Shown here piece after piece: positions 19,011-28,654 of a DNA stretch of 53,638 nt (position 1 is the stretch's first letter; every line of letters begins with the position of its first letter). Location of the stretch: NCBI GenBank assembly GCA_026992355.1, contig JALXAE010000178.1, forward strand, positions 1 through 53,638. Direction: 5' to 3'. A program made the position numbers and the translations under genes. The stretch comes from Syntrophobacterales bacterium (GTDB lineage: Bacteria; Desulfobacterota; Syntrophobacteria; Syntrophobacterales; Thermodesulforhabdaceae). Under the pieces are notes generated by a model, which saw only the letters and a program-made list of their open reading frames with translations, was not told where the DNA came from and did no database searches.

Positions 19011-20987
19011 TCAGTATGCCAGTCTACCTAAAGATCGCATAATTAGGGTAAACCCCATTCCGAGCATGCCCATGATGCCCATTCCGCAGGAAAAACCAGC
19101 AAGGAGGACAGGGGCATATTGTCGCCATTTTATGCCGTATTTCTTAATAAAATAGTGCCTTCCCAGCAAAGCCCCGATTACTTCTAGGAAAATGCCGTGA
19201 GGTGTTGTTTGCCCCAGACCTCTCGTAACACCATAAATCAACATTATTGGAAGATTCAACGCTGCGAGAATCCAGTATGTGACTAAACCCAGCCCTAGTC
19301 CCCAGAACATGTATGAAAGCTTAAAAGCCTGAAAAAAAGGAGAGTTTCCCTCTAACGTAGCGCTTTGTAACAACAACGTATTTAAAGCTTGTAAATGCCA
19401 TAACTCCTGGGCATAGGGATACTGGTTAGAGGGAATGGGGGCAAGTCGCCATAGATATTGCGAAAAAAGCAGACTGGAAATCATAACAACCGGAAAGACA
19501 AATATTTCCGCTTTTATAATGCTTCTAAAGCTTGTTCCTGTGAGCTCTATTTCTCTGAATTTAACGGTAGCCTTTCCGTAATTATGAATAGGAATAGGCG
19601 CATACCATATTCCAATGCCATGATAACCAAAAAACTTCGAGGCCATTATAAAACTTGCTTCTCTTACCATTGGAAGGCTTACAAACTGGCCAGCAACCCC
19701 TTCCATCCTGGCGGATATATAGGAAATAATGGGCGTGTAAATAAATCCGTAAGCCACCAGAAAAATAATGGGAAAACCCGGAACCAAATAATTACAGAGA
19801 ATAATATAAGCTGTAGTAGAGGCTATATATATACCAATGGCTATCCATATATTGAAATCACCTCTTCCAGGTGGAGGCGAAAACAGTTTTTTTAGTTTTT
19901 CTCTAAAAGAAATAGCCTTTGAACTCCGGAACATTGTCATAACGTGAATTATACCTGCTATCGCAATAGCCAGACCAAGTCCGATACCGAAACTCATGTA
20001 AAAGTCAAAATTATTGGCAAAGACCGTGTCCACAGTTTCCATTCCCTTGTGCCAGTGGAACAATATACCATGTTTGTAAAGAATAGGATTTGCTATAAGA
20101 GTTATAATAAAACCGATCAGGCCGCCGATAACTGCCCAGAAGGGTAAAACCATCCCCAGAAAAAGCAGACCCAGATCCAGTTGAATTCCCGTGGCAACTG
20201 CAGGCAAAAAATTTTCCGTATAATGGGTAAGTTCAATCCAGGGAATGGGAAGTATACGTATCGGCTCGGACAAAATCACACCAGAAGCAGAAGGCAGCAA
20301 AACATATAAAGCCCCAAAGGCAAGTCCTATCATCCCACCTATAGAAAAAACTCTCCATCTCCAGCTTGTTTCTTCCCTGTTTGCTGACTCGGTAAGAGCC
20401 ATTGTCCCCAAAGCACCAACAGGTGCCATCGGGAATGGAAGCTTTTCAACATCCGATGTTAATCTGTACAGAGCGTACCCCAATCCAAAGTGATCAACAG
20501 CCTGTATTAATTCAAAGCCAACCATAAGAAGTATAGGAACAAGCCAATCCCGGTGGAAAAAAGACCTTTCAAGATAAGAGACAGAATCTGGAGGCGGGGC
20601 AACCCAATGGGGAATCAGGTGTGTTAAGCCAAGAACTCTGGCTGCTTCAGACTGAACCAAATACTGATTCCACAAAAGACCGGAAAAAGGGGATGAAAGA
20701 GCAGCACCAGCCATGTAATACAAAACAAAAATTTCCTGCTGCTTAAGTCTTGTGTATGCCCGTTTCGCAACTTCTGCAAACAAAATGATCGTAACCCATC
20801 GAGCCGCTGGTCCTATCCCGGTGCCAATTACGAGGTTCAAATACATGGAGCCGGGCATCATTACAAAACCAATAAAAATTGCCCCAATTACCGACTTCCA
20901 GCCAAAACCTTCTTCAAAATGATCAGGAGGTGGGAGTAAATCTCTATATTCTTTGAGTTCTCTATCTTCCTTCACAACAGCCCTCAA
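19011..20987 (-). CDS. 658-aa polytopic membrane protein B of the ABC module (possibly OPT-like or DUF-type transporter)
   Basis: There are more than 12 hydrophobic segments. The N-terminal pattern GAIFIGFVMMPGSMYLNLVIGTGIGPAARWVTIILFAEVAKR is reminiscent of OPT-superfamily N-termini (weak, by eye). A 15-nt gap separates it from the upstream gene. Confidence 0.6.
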   Translation of the reverse strand: MRAVVKEDRELKEYRDLLPPPDHFEEGFGWKSVIGAIFIGFVMMPGSMYLNLVIGTGIGPAARWVTIILFAEVAKRAYTRLKQQEIFVLYYMAGAALSSPFSGLLWNQYLVQSEAARVLGLTHLIPHWVAPPPDSVSYLERSFFHRDWLVPILLMVGFELIQAVDHFGLGYALYRLTSDVEKLPFPMAPVGALGTMALTESANREETSWRWRVFSIGGMIGLAFGALYVLLPSASGVILSEPIRILPIPWIELTHYTENFLPAVATGIQLDLGLLFLGMVLPFWAVIGGLIGFIITLIANPILYKHGILFHWHKGMETVDTVFANNFDFYMSFGIGLGLAIAIAGIIHVMTMFRSSKAISFREKLKKLFSPPPGRGDFNIWIAIGIYIASTTAYIILCNYLVPGFPIIFLVAYGFIYTPIISYISARMEGVAGQFVSLPMVREASFIMASKFFGYHGIGIWYAPIPIHNYGKATVKFREIELTGTSFRSIIKAEIFVFPVVMISSLLFSQYLWRLAPIPSNQYPYAQELWHLQALNTLLLQSATLEGNSPFFQAFKLSYMFWGLGLGLVTYWILAALNLPIMLIYGVTRGLGQTTPHGIFLEVIGALLGRHYFIKKYGIKWRQYAPVLLAGFSCGMGIMGMLGMGFTLIMRSLGRLAY

Positions 20988-21002
20988 AGCATCATTCTTA
21001 AT

Positions 21003-22979
21003 TTATAGAGGAAACACATGGTAGGTCATAGGAACATAAAAGCCCACAATTAACCATGCCACCGCCATTATAGTATCACCAACTATTAACCCAATGAAAA
21101 ACCACCTGACCGTCCTGTATGCATTTATTCCGCCATAATGGACGATAAGTGCATTGCTCAACCACCCAAGAAAAAAAGAGAACCATAAAATTCTCATGGC
21201 TGAGCTGTAAGCCAATAAATATCCAATTGGGTGGAGAGGCCACCACACGAATTGGTAGTATCCAAAGATTAATAAGGAGGTTACAAAAGCCCCAATCCCG
21301 GTAAAAATCATGCTCCATTTTTTGGGTTCTTCCGGATGTTGAAGTAACCTTATGGCACTTTCATGAACTCGAGTAACCGTATCAACAGCCCATGTATCTG
21401 GCAAAGAAAAAATGCCATATTTGTAAGAAAGAACCATCATAGAAATGATGGATATTAAAACAGTACACAACAGAGCCAGCAGTATTCCTGTTACAAATCT
21501 TCTCTTTTCTTTTGCAGATTCAGAAAGAGCGGAAGCATGAAATAATGACGGCATTAAGGATTCTCTAAAATCTACAAAGGCCATTTTCTGGACAACGGCG
21601 CCGATGTATATGGCCGATGTTGAAAATATGTTTGTGGGCAAAAAGGCTAGAAAGCCGTCAGAAGGCGCTGCAGTAAGAGTATAATAAGGCAGCCCTCCCT
21701 GACATATGAGCCTAGCAGATACCAGTTGAATCATAAAACAAACGACCAAAAATGCAGCAGCAACATGAAAACTTATTCCCATAAAAACTGTCCAGGTAAC
21801 TGAGCCCAGAATACCCACAAGAGCAATGCGGAGCGATGTAACGGGATGTAACATTCCGGAATATTCATAATCATAGGACCGTTTTTTAAAGAATGATTTA
21901 AAAGTAATAAGCAGGTGTTCTCTGGCAAGCCATATCAAAAATATTGCAAACACTCCATAAGCCCCTACTGCTTGCATTTCCTCCACTTTGGATATTACGG
22001 GACCGAACGTGGTGCCCAAGGCAGCCTCAGGTATCTTCAGACCGAAAATGCTTAAAAAACCTGGCATCAAGGCTCCAAGAACAAAAAAAAGCCACAGGCT
22101 AAGAGAAACCTGTCGAGTTGTAAGATAAGCAAACCCTATAAAAGCCGGGTAGATGTAGATTTTAGCTTTGTAAAAACCCTTAAGTAATCCTTCCTTGGGA
22201 ACGAAAGGCTGAGCAAGAATTAATGTCGGTATTTGAGGGACGCCCGGGAAAAAATTGTGCAAGCCATTTAAGGTATGCAAGAACACAGGAATGAAAAAAC
22301 CTACAATGAAATAAGGACTTTTCAGGAATCCCCAGAGTGTTCCCTTGGTTGCATGTTCAGTAAACAAAACAGGAACCCTTAGCAGAGGGAAATTCATTCT
22401 TTCGTTTTCTATCCATTGGTGAGAAAAAAGACCAGTGATTCCGAGAACAGTGAGAAATACAAATCCAATTAAAGATAACCAGACTCCCAGAGGTACAATC
22501 CATTTGTCCCAAGGAATGGTTTTAATTATGTCAAAAACACTGGAGGTATATCCTGTTTCAAGACCATATAATGTGGTTCTTATAATGCTTGAGTCAGTGG
22601 GAAAAAGATAAGGCTTTACAGTGCTCATAATCTGCTGGATACCTTCAACTCCTGTCATTTTCATCCAACCGGGAATGACCATGTTTACAATGAATGTTCG
22701 AGCAAAACCGGTATAAGAAAGGGTTGCAGATATTCCTGACATTATCCAGATAAGCAATATCTCACTTCCGGATAAACATAACCGAAGAGAAATATGTCGA
22801 ACTAATGGATTCCAAAGAATGGTAAAGAAAATAAGAAAGAAAAATGCAATTAACGGAAAATGCCCACCGCCCAGAGGGGAATTTTGCCATAGGATGTTAT
22901 TCCATGGAGTTATCCACGCAACCACCGAAGACAATAAGACACTTACAACCAACACGGATATGCGAATAGTACTATTCAC
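21003..22979 (-). CDS. 658-aa polytopic membrane protein A of the ABC module (uncharacterised family)
   Basis: There are more than 12 hydrophobic segments and a C-terminal WWPLHPIGYLL...YGGINAYRTVRWFFIGLIVGD. Its start overlaps the stop of the 1600-aa gene by 8 nt. Confidence 0.6.
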   Translation of the reverse strand: MNSTIRISVLVVSVLLSSVVAWITPWNNILWQNSPLGGGHFPLIAFFFLIFFTILWNPLVRHISLRLCLSGSEILLIWIMSGISATLSYTGFARTFIVNMVIPGWMKMTGVEGIQQIMSTVKPYLFPTDSSIIRTTLYGLETGYTSSVFDIIKTIPWDKWIVPLGVWLSLIGFVFLTVLGITGLFSHQWIENERMNFPLLRVPVLFTEHATKGTLWGFLKSPYFIVGFFIPVFLHTLNGLHNFFPGVPQIPTLILAQPFVPKEGLLKGFYKAKIYIYPAFIGFAYLTTRQVSLSLWLFFVLGALMPGFLSIFGLKIPEAALGTTFGPVISKVEEMQAVGAYGVFAIFLIWLAREHLLITFKSFFKKRSYDYEYSGMLHPVTSLRIALVGILGSVTWTVFMGISFHVAAAFLVVCFMIQLVSARLICQGGLPYYTLTAAPSDGFLAFLPTNIFSTSAIYIGAVVQKMAFVDFRESLMPSLFHASALSESAKEKRRFVTGILLALLCTVLISIISMMVLSYKYGIFSLPDTWAVDTVTRVHESAIRLLQHPEEPKKWSMIFTGIGAFVTSLLIFGYYQFVWWPLHPIGYLLAYSSAMRILWFSFFLGWLSNALIVHYGGINAYRTVRWFFIGLIVGDTIMAVAWLIVGFYVPMTYHVFPL

Positions 22980-25900
22980 CAGAGATTTTCTCCCGCATTC
23001 GTATACTTTCCTTCATTTCGGGGCTCAACGTATGCCACTGCAGTAGCTGTTTTCTAATTGCTCGGACAAAGCTCCTATTGGCTCTATGCCAAGACCTGAC
23101 TTCTCCATGCAGTCGCAACAATCTTAGAGTTATGTGTACGTACCCCGGTTCTTCCAGATCAGGGCAGCAATAGAAATAAACCCGTTCTTTTAAACCGAAA
23201 TCAAACGGTGCCAACCATACACTAGTCTGAATCAAAAAACATTGTGGAAATCTCGTTATTCCTTCTCTGTGGTCTTCTTGTATCTCTGACCAGTCAGCCC
23301 ATCCGGTTTGAACTCCATCAGACATAAATGTTCCATGAGCCACATCCTTGTGAAGGTTTATATAATCGGCCAGGAACAATAACACCGCCACACGATCTGA
23401 CTCAGGAAACAAAAAAGGAAGATCTACCACCAAAACATCACCATCGGGTTCGGGCAAGTCCCAGGTTTTTTCCACATCTGGCATCGCTATATCCACGGCA
23501 ATCCTAGCGGGATAAAGAGAAGCAACGAACACTACTCCAAATACCATGATCATACTTGCAATACTGGATAGTGATGAATAATTGAAAGTTAAAGATGAGA
23601 AGAAGGGAAGATTGCCAAAATAATGGGCCGTAAACTGAGCAATTAAATAACCGGCAACACACGACATAACAGCGAAAGATAAAGCCTCCATGATGAACAG
23701 CATACCAACGTGGTGAGGAGCAAGACCCACGCTTGTATATACGGAAATTTCCTTCTTCCTTTCATGAACCTGTCCTATTAACGTATTCAGGCAAATCAAA
23801 ATGACTATCAATATAGGTATTATAAGATTTGTTACGCCCTGATATCTAACTGTTACGAGGGCACTATGATACCATACTTTTTGATTCTTACCTATGTAGA
23901 AGGAATGGGCATACCACGTCCCCAGCCTCTGAGCAAGAATGTCTATATCGGGGGAGTTTTTCGACTTTAGCACATAAATAGCCTTAATTTTTCCACCAAG
24001 CGCAAGACAGGTTTCAAAAGGAATCAAAACAGTTGACGAAGGCGTAGCATAATAAAAGCGTTCAATAATCGGCAGAATTTCTTCACCCGACTCCATCGCC
24101 TCAACCTCTACCTCAGTTAATTCCTCTTCCGGATGAGCTTCCAAATAGGCAGGTGTAAAGGGTTTTCCATCAAGGTCCCTGAAGGCATTCATCTTTTCAT
24201 CATCAAAAATCCCAACAACATTAAATGGCATACCGAAAAGAAACACCTTTGGTGTAACAGCACTGACAGGATTCAATGTGATCCTCAGCTTTTTAGCAAG
24301 ACTTTGTGGAAGCAGGATTTCGTTACAGCACGATTTTTGAAGCCACCTACCCTGCACCAGAATTTTCTTCAACCGTTTTGGTGGATTTGAGCCAACACCC
24401 ATTACTCCCTCTAAGCCAACCGCTTTACCCCCGGAGTTTTCAATAAAGGTGATGATTCTTTTGTAAGGATCAACTCTTTCAATCCAGCTCTTTGAAAATA
24501 TGTCAGCATCCCCCCAAAAAATTGACTTTATTTCCCTCAAAGCAAAATCCGTGAGGGGTATCCACAAGGGATGATGAAGCAAAATCCCGTCATAAGGGGG
24601 ATTATCACCTATCTGGGTGTCCGTAACTTTTTGAAAGCTTTTTACACTGGTAAAGGACATTATCGTAAAAGTCAATATTATCAAGGTGATACAGGTAAGA
24701 GCAGTGCGTAATTTTCGCCTGTAAAGATTGGAAACCCCAATCGCAAGCCCCGCTCCAATTGCCTGGGAGGTTCGGATCTGTCCTATAGGTGCAACCCCTG
24801 TTTGGTACCACTTTGACTTCCTAAACGTTTCCATTTCGTGTTCAAAACGACCAAGGATAATGGATCCAACAAGGGTTGAAAGTCCAACAATAAAGAATGC
24901 AATAATAACCATGGTGGGACTATAAGTTAGTCTGAAAGCCGGGTGGATTGCGCGGATAATTAGTATCGTTATAATAAGAATTATAAAAAACGCAGCAATC
25001 TGCTTATAAATGTTTGTGAAGCAAAACAAATATCGTTCCATGCAATAGGCAAAAGGAACAAACAGAGCAATGAAAAAGATAACTCCGAAGAGAACGTCTT
25101 TCTGGGTGGATTCTATGTCATGATATATTTTGTTAAGATAGGCCCAGGATGAGATAATTTGTCTCCAGAAACCGCTATACTCACTCCTTGACAAGCTTTC
25201 TTCGGCTAAATTTATATTGTTTGAAGCTTCTTTGAAAAGTGATTCTATGTAATGATTTCTTATTCCAGTTAGCTTCAAATCGTTTAATCTAATTCCTATG
25301 ATATCCAAAGTATTTCTGGCAGAAATCAGGGGACCTAAAGAAATAACAGGCGGTTTTCCAATTAAAAAACCTTTTCCAGTTGGCTTTTTTGTTGAAGAAT
25401 TGAGAAGTAGAACATCTTTCGTAATGAGTGAATCAGCAAGTATAAGCTTAAAACGGGTACCGGGTTCCAAAAATACAGAAATGACTATTGTGTCCTTTCC
25501 ATCAATCCTGCTGTACCAGTATTTCATAGGGGTTGCATCTGTTCTGGCGTCCAAGAGCTTCACTTTAGTTACATAAGACAGTTTCCTGGGGTGAAATACT
25601 CCCAAGATATCTGTTTGCTCACACGGAAACATAATAAGCGTGGTATAAGCCGTATTGCCCTTTATTTTTATACGGTATCTATTCTTCCCAGTCTCTCGCT
25701 TATCGGTAGCCCACTTGATTCTCCCCGTCTTCTCGTCAATTCCATAGGGTTCCAGTATGAGCTTCTGGTATGAAACCTTTTTATTAGCAACCCCGTGCAG
25801 GTAAAAACGTCCATCCATGAAGACCATGCTTCTAAAAACATTCTCTCCCTGAAGGGCATTGACTATAGTTCCTGGTGCCGGTCTATCTGGAAAGAGTTCT

Positions 25901-27774
25901 CCCTGACGGATGAATTGAGCCGTCCCTTCCAGCGAAGCAATTCCTCTTATACCTTGCTTACAGGCTGAAACTATTGCAATGTCATCAAAAAGTTGTTTCA
26001 AAAATGGCATAAGAAAACGGTTTATTTTGACAAAGTTTACAGAATTCCAGTGTTCCCAGCTATCTTCGGGAGTCCCCCAGTAGGGGGGTGTGACTATCCT
26101 TGAAGAGAGACCAACGGCAGGTAAACCTCCGATAGATGTGACATCGCAGCAAGCACAATGTCCAGTTAACGGGCCAACAGGAGCTGAAGCTGCTTTCCCA
26201 CCACTGGGTTCCAGTAGATTTTCAACCTGAAAATTTTTAGCAACATCTTTTGCAATCCTTGACGCAATGTTCACGAAACGCCCAATTCTATAATATTTGG
26301 TAACCCGTTCCCTAAAAGGGAAGGAAGAACCCCTGTCATAAAACCTTAAAAATGGCGAATAGCTGGAAATATCTAAATCCATTACGAGAACTGGCTCAAA
26401 AATTCTTACTTCCGATCTAACCCTCATTGCCGATCTAATTACAGTCCATCTCTTTTTGAGCTCAGTCAGATATTCTTTTTCTCTTTCCAGTAACGAACCA
26501 AAAAAAGGAATTATCAGGCTAAATTCATCAGATTGCACTTCTTTAAAGGAATGTCTCCACGATATTATCCTGTATCGTCTGGCAAGCTCTGATTTAGCAG
26601 GATCAAAGGATTCATAAAACTGACTTCGTGTAAGATCATCAGCCTTGTTTTTTACACTGGCAAGCACAATAGGCCACAAGAATTGGTTGGCTTCGTCATT
26701 TTTTTTGAGAAAATCTATTATTAATCTATCCTTCTTTTTCAGGATTTTTTTCAGGAGCTTAATACGCTTGGTAGTAAGTTTAATCTGTTTTTTGAGATAT
26801 CTCTTTTCCTTGCGCAAATTTTTTGACGAAGAGGTAATAGCCCATACAAATTCTCTCATACCTGCAGCAGCGTAACCACTTCCTGCTGTGGCCACAAACA
26901 TAACGGATCTTCTGGGAGGATTCTTCGAAAGATATCTTGCCAGATTGAGTAACGTTAGAAGGGAAGTCGCTTCGTCCACTCCAGGAGACGCGTCCGGAAT
27001 GATCGATGTAGCATCGTAACGGGCTTCAACTATTACTAATTGCTCCCTCAAAGTTGGATCGGAACCTTCTATAAAACCGTAACAATTCCGAAGAAGAACA
27101 TTCTCCCAAAGGGCTCTGGATATTATCTTTCCCTCCAATCTTCTTTCCGTTATCAGCCTTCTTACAACGGCAGACTCACCAGGCGGCAACCAATACCGGG
27201 GAAATGCAACTGGTGCCGATGAAAACTTGCCAGTATATTCACCCGACGGATACCCTCTCCAACCCATGTATACAACGGCCTTTGCTCCATGCATGGCTGC
27301 ATAAAGCCAGGCCAAACCGGAATCAAGATCGAGAAAAACTATGCTGTCCTTAATTTTTCTATGATCAAAATCTTTCCACTCACCCTTGTCCAGGTAAATA
27401 CATGGACCAGTCAAACCTTCTGAGCTTGTATTCGAAAGATAAACCATGTTAGGCGTCCAAATTTTCAAGGGAAAACGTGACCCATTCAAATAGAGATAAG
27501 CTTGCTTAACTCTTGGTAAGGGAAGAAAAAAATATTGAACACCTACATTGGAGAGACCAATGCTTTCGAACTGATGCTTAAGATAATCAGCGATTTCGTG
27601 AGACGCCTTGGATCCTGCGGATCGGTTTTCATAACTCAATATATGCTGCAGGTCAGCAGGATTTAAAATCTCAGGACCTAATGGCTCAGGGGGAATTTCA
27701 GTCGCAGACAAAAATCGCGTACAAATAAAAAGAAACAAAACAATTACACAACACCAAAGAAGAGCGCGATTCAT
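22972..27774 (-). CDS. 1600-aa fusion protein: signal/anchor, degenerate M28 peptidase-like domain with PA insert and Lys-rich coiled coil, beta-rich region, 3 TM, FtsX/MacB-type permease (4 TM with ~270-aa ectodomain), 169-aa cytoplasmic tail
   Basis: PA-like segment: GPCIYLDKGEWKDFDHRKIKDSIVFLDL...GAKAVVYM. M28-like blocks: LVIVEARYDA, PGVDEATSLLTLLNLARYL, VMFVATAGSGYAAAGMREF, VMDLDISS, CCDVTSIGGLPAVGL and YWGTPEDSWEHWN. FtsX signature: NLYRRKLRTALTCITLIILTFTIMSF ... HERKKEISVYTSVGLAPHHVGMLFIMEALSF...SLYPARIAVDI. An ATGA overlap links it to the upstream ATPase gene. Confidence 0.75.
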   Translation of the reverse strand: MNRALLWCCVIVLFLFICTRFLSATEIPPEPLGPEILNPADLQHILSYENRSAGSKASHEIADYLKHQFESIGLSNVGVQYFFLPLPRVKQAYLYLNGSRFPLKIWTPNMVYLSNTSSEGLTGPCIYLDKGEWKDFDHRKIKDSIVFLDLDSGLAWLYAAMHGAKAVVYMGWRGYPSGEYTGKFSSAPVAFPRYWLPPGESAVVRRLITERRLEGKIISRALWENVLLRNCYGFIEGSDPTLREQLVIVEARYDATSIIPDASPGVDEATSLLTLLNLARYLSKNPPRRSVMFVATAGSGYAAAGMREFVWAITSSSKNLRKEKRYLKKQIKLTTKRIKLLKKILKKKDRLIIDFLKKNDEANQFLWPIVLASVKNKADDLTRSQFYESFDPAKSELARRYRIISWRHSFKEVQSDEFSLIIPFFGSLLEREKEYLTELKKRWTVIRSAMRVRSEVRIFEPVLVMDLDISSYSPFLRFYDRGSSFPFRERVTKYYRIGRFVNIASRIAKDVAKNFQVENLLEPSGGKAASAPVGPLTGHCACCDVTSIGGLPAVGLSSRIVTPPYWGTPEDSWEHWNSVNFVKINRFLMPFLKQLFDDIAIVSACKQGIRGIASLEGTAQFIRQGELFPDRPAPGTIVNALQGENVFRSMVFMDGRFYLHGVANKKVSYQKLILEPYGIDEKTGRIKWATDKRETGKNRYRIKIKGNTAYTTLIMFPCEQTDILGVFHPRKLSYVTKVKLLDARTDATPMKYWYSRIDGKDTIVISVFLEPGTRFKLILADSLITKDVLLLNSSTKKPTGKGFLIGKPPVISLGPLISARNTLDIIGIRLNDLKLTGIRNHYIESLFKEASNNINLAEESLSRSEYSGFWRQIISSWAYLNKIYHDIESTQKDVLFGVIFFIALFVPFAYCMERYLFCFTNIYKQIAAFFIILIITILIIRAIHPAFRLTYSPTMVIIAFFIVGLSTLVGSIILGRFEHEMETFRKSKWYQTGVAPIGQIRTSQAIGAGLAIGVSNLYRRKLRTALTCITLIILTFTIMSFTSVKSFQKVTDTQIGDNPPYDGILLHHPLWIPLTDFALREIKSIFWGDADIFSKSWIERVDPYKRIITFIENSGGKAVGLEGVMGVGSNPPKRLKKILVQGRWLQKSCCNEILLPQSLAKKLRITLNPVSAVTPKVFLFGMPFNVVGIFDDEKMNAFRDLDGKPFTPAYLEAHPEEELTEVEVEAMESGEEILPIIERFYYATPSSTVLIPFETCLALGGKIKAIYVLKSKNSPDIDILAQRLGTWYAHSFYIGKNQKVWYHSALVTVRYQGVTNLIIPILIVILICLNTLIGQVHERKKEISVYTSVGLAPHHVGMLFIMEALSFAVMSCVAGYLIAQFTAHYFGNLPFFSSLTFNYSSLSSIASMIMVFGVVFVASLYPARIAVDIAMPDVEKTWDLPEPDGDVLVVDLPFLFPESDRVAVLLFLADYINLHKDVAHGTFMSDGVQTGWADWSEIQEDHREGITRFPQCFLIQTSVWLAPFDFGLKERVYFYCCPDLEEPGYVHITLRLLRLHGEVRSWHRANRSFVRAIRKQLLQWHTLSPEMKESIRMREKISGE

Positions 27775-28499
27775 GCAACCTCACCAACAGACACTTTCAA
27801 TTTGTCTCGCGACTCAATTCGCTCTATCATACCGTCTCTTATCCAAACGACTCTGTCAGATACATCTATCATTTTTATGTCGTGAGTGGCCGATATAATT
27901 GTGACACCTCGTTCCCTGGACAAACTTTTTAAAAGCTTTATAATTTCCGCACCAGTCTTCAAGTCCAGATTGCCTGTGGGTTCATCGGCAAGAATAATGG
28001 CAGGATCATTCGCAAGCGCCCTTGCAATGGCCACACGCTGTTGCTGTCCACCGGAAAGCTCTGAAGGTCTATGCCACGCTCTCTCTTTTAATCCCACAAG
28101 TTCCAGAAGCATCATGCCCTTTTCCATATATTCATCTCTATGTACTCCAGCAAAAATCATGGGAAGCGTTACATTTTCTATGGCTGTCATCGCTTGAATA
28201 AGATTGAAGGTCTGGAAAATATATCCAATCTTGTGACATCGGAGCCACGCCAATTCGTAAGCATCCAGTTGCGAAACATCTACCTCATCGATGAATACCC
28301 GACCTTCTGATGGCTTGTCCAATGCACCTATCATATTAAACAAAGTGGTCTTACCCGATCCCGAAGGTCCCATTATGGAAATATATTCTCCCTGTGCGAT
28401 TTCCATCGAAATGCCTTTAAGAGCATCTACTCGATTATTTCCCATAACAAATGTCTTACGGACATTGTTCAATCGGACTACGAAATGTTCCCTTTTCAT
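27771..28499 (-). CDS. ABC transporter ATP-binding protein, MacB/LolD/FtsE-like
   Basis: Walker [11 protein letters not shown]-loop IFQTFNL, signature [15 protein letters not shown], Walker [14 protein letters not shown] and H-loop ATHD. Confidence 0.92.
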   Translation of the reverse strand: MKREHFVVRLNNVRKTFVMGNNRVDALKGISMEIAQGEYISIMGPSGSGKTTLFNMIGALDKPSEGRVFIDEVDVSQLDAYELAWLRCHKIGYIFQTFNLIQAMTAIENVTLPMIFAGVHRDEYMEKGMMLLELVGLKERAWHRPSELSGGQQQRVAIARALANDPAIILADEPTGNLDLKTGAEIIKLLKSLSRERGVTIISATHDIKMIDVSDRVVWIRDGMIERIESRDKLKVSVGEVA

Positions 28500-28513
28500 T
28501 TTTCAACCCTGAA

Positions 28514-28654
28514 TCAATGAGTATCCCTAGATGCCTCAACTATTTCAAAGCATTCCAGACACAGAAACACCTGGTCAAAAGGTACAGCTTCGTCATTCCT
28601 TAATTCCTTACCACAGCTAGCACATTTTTTTCTTACGGATTCCTCCCTTTTCAT
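28514..28654 (-). CDS. 46-aa zinc-ribbon-like mini-protein (CxxC-x17-CxxC), not in the ORF track
   Basis: Translation is MKREESVRKKCASCGKELRNDEAVPFDQVFLCLECFEIVEASRDTH. Its ATG (28654-28652) overlaps the TGA (28653-28651) of the upstream FtsX gene as ATGA. GAGG lies 8 nt upstream, and the ORF ends 14 nt before the ATPase start. Confidence 0.5.
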   Translation of the reverse strand: MKREESVRKKCASCGKELRNDEAVPFDQVFLCLECFEIVEASRDTH

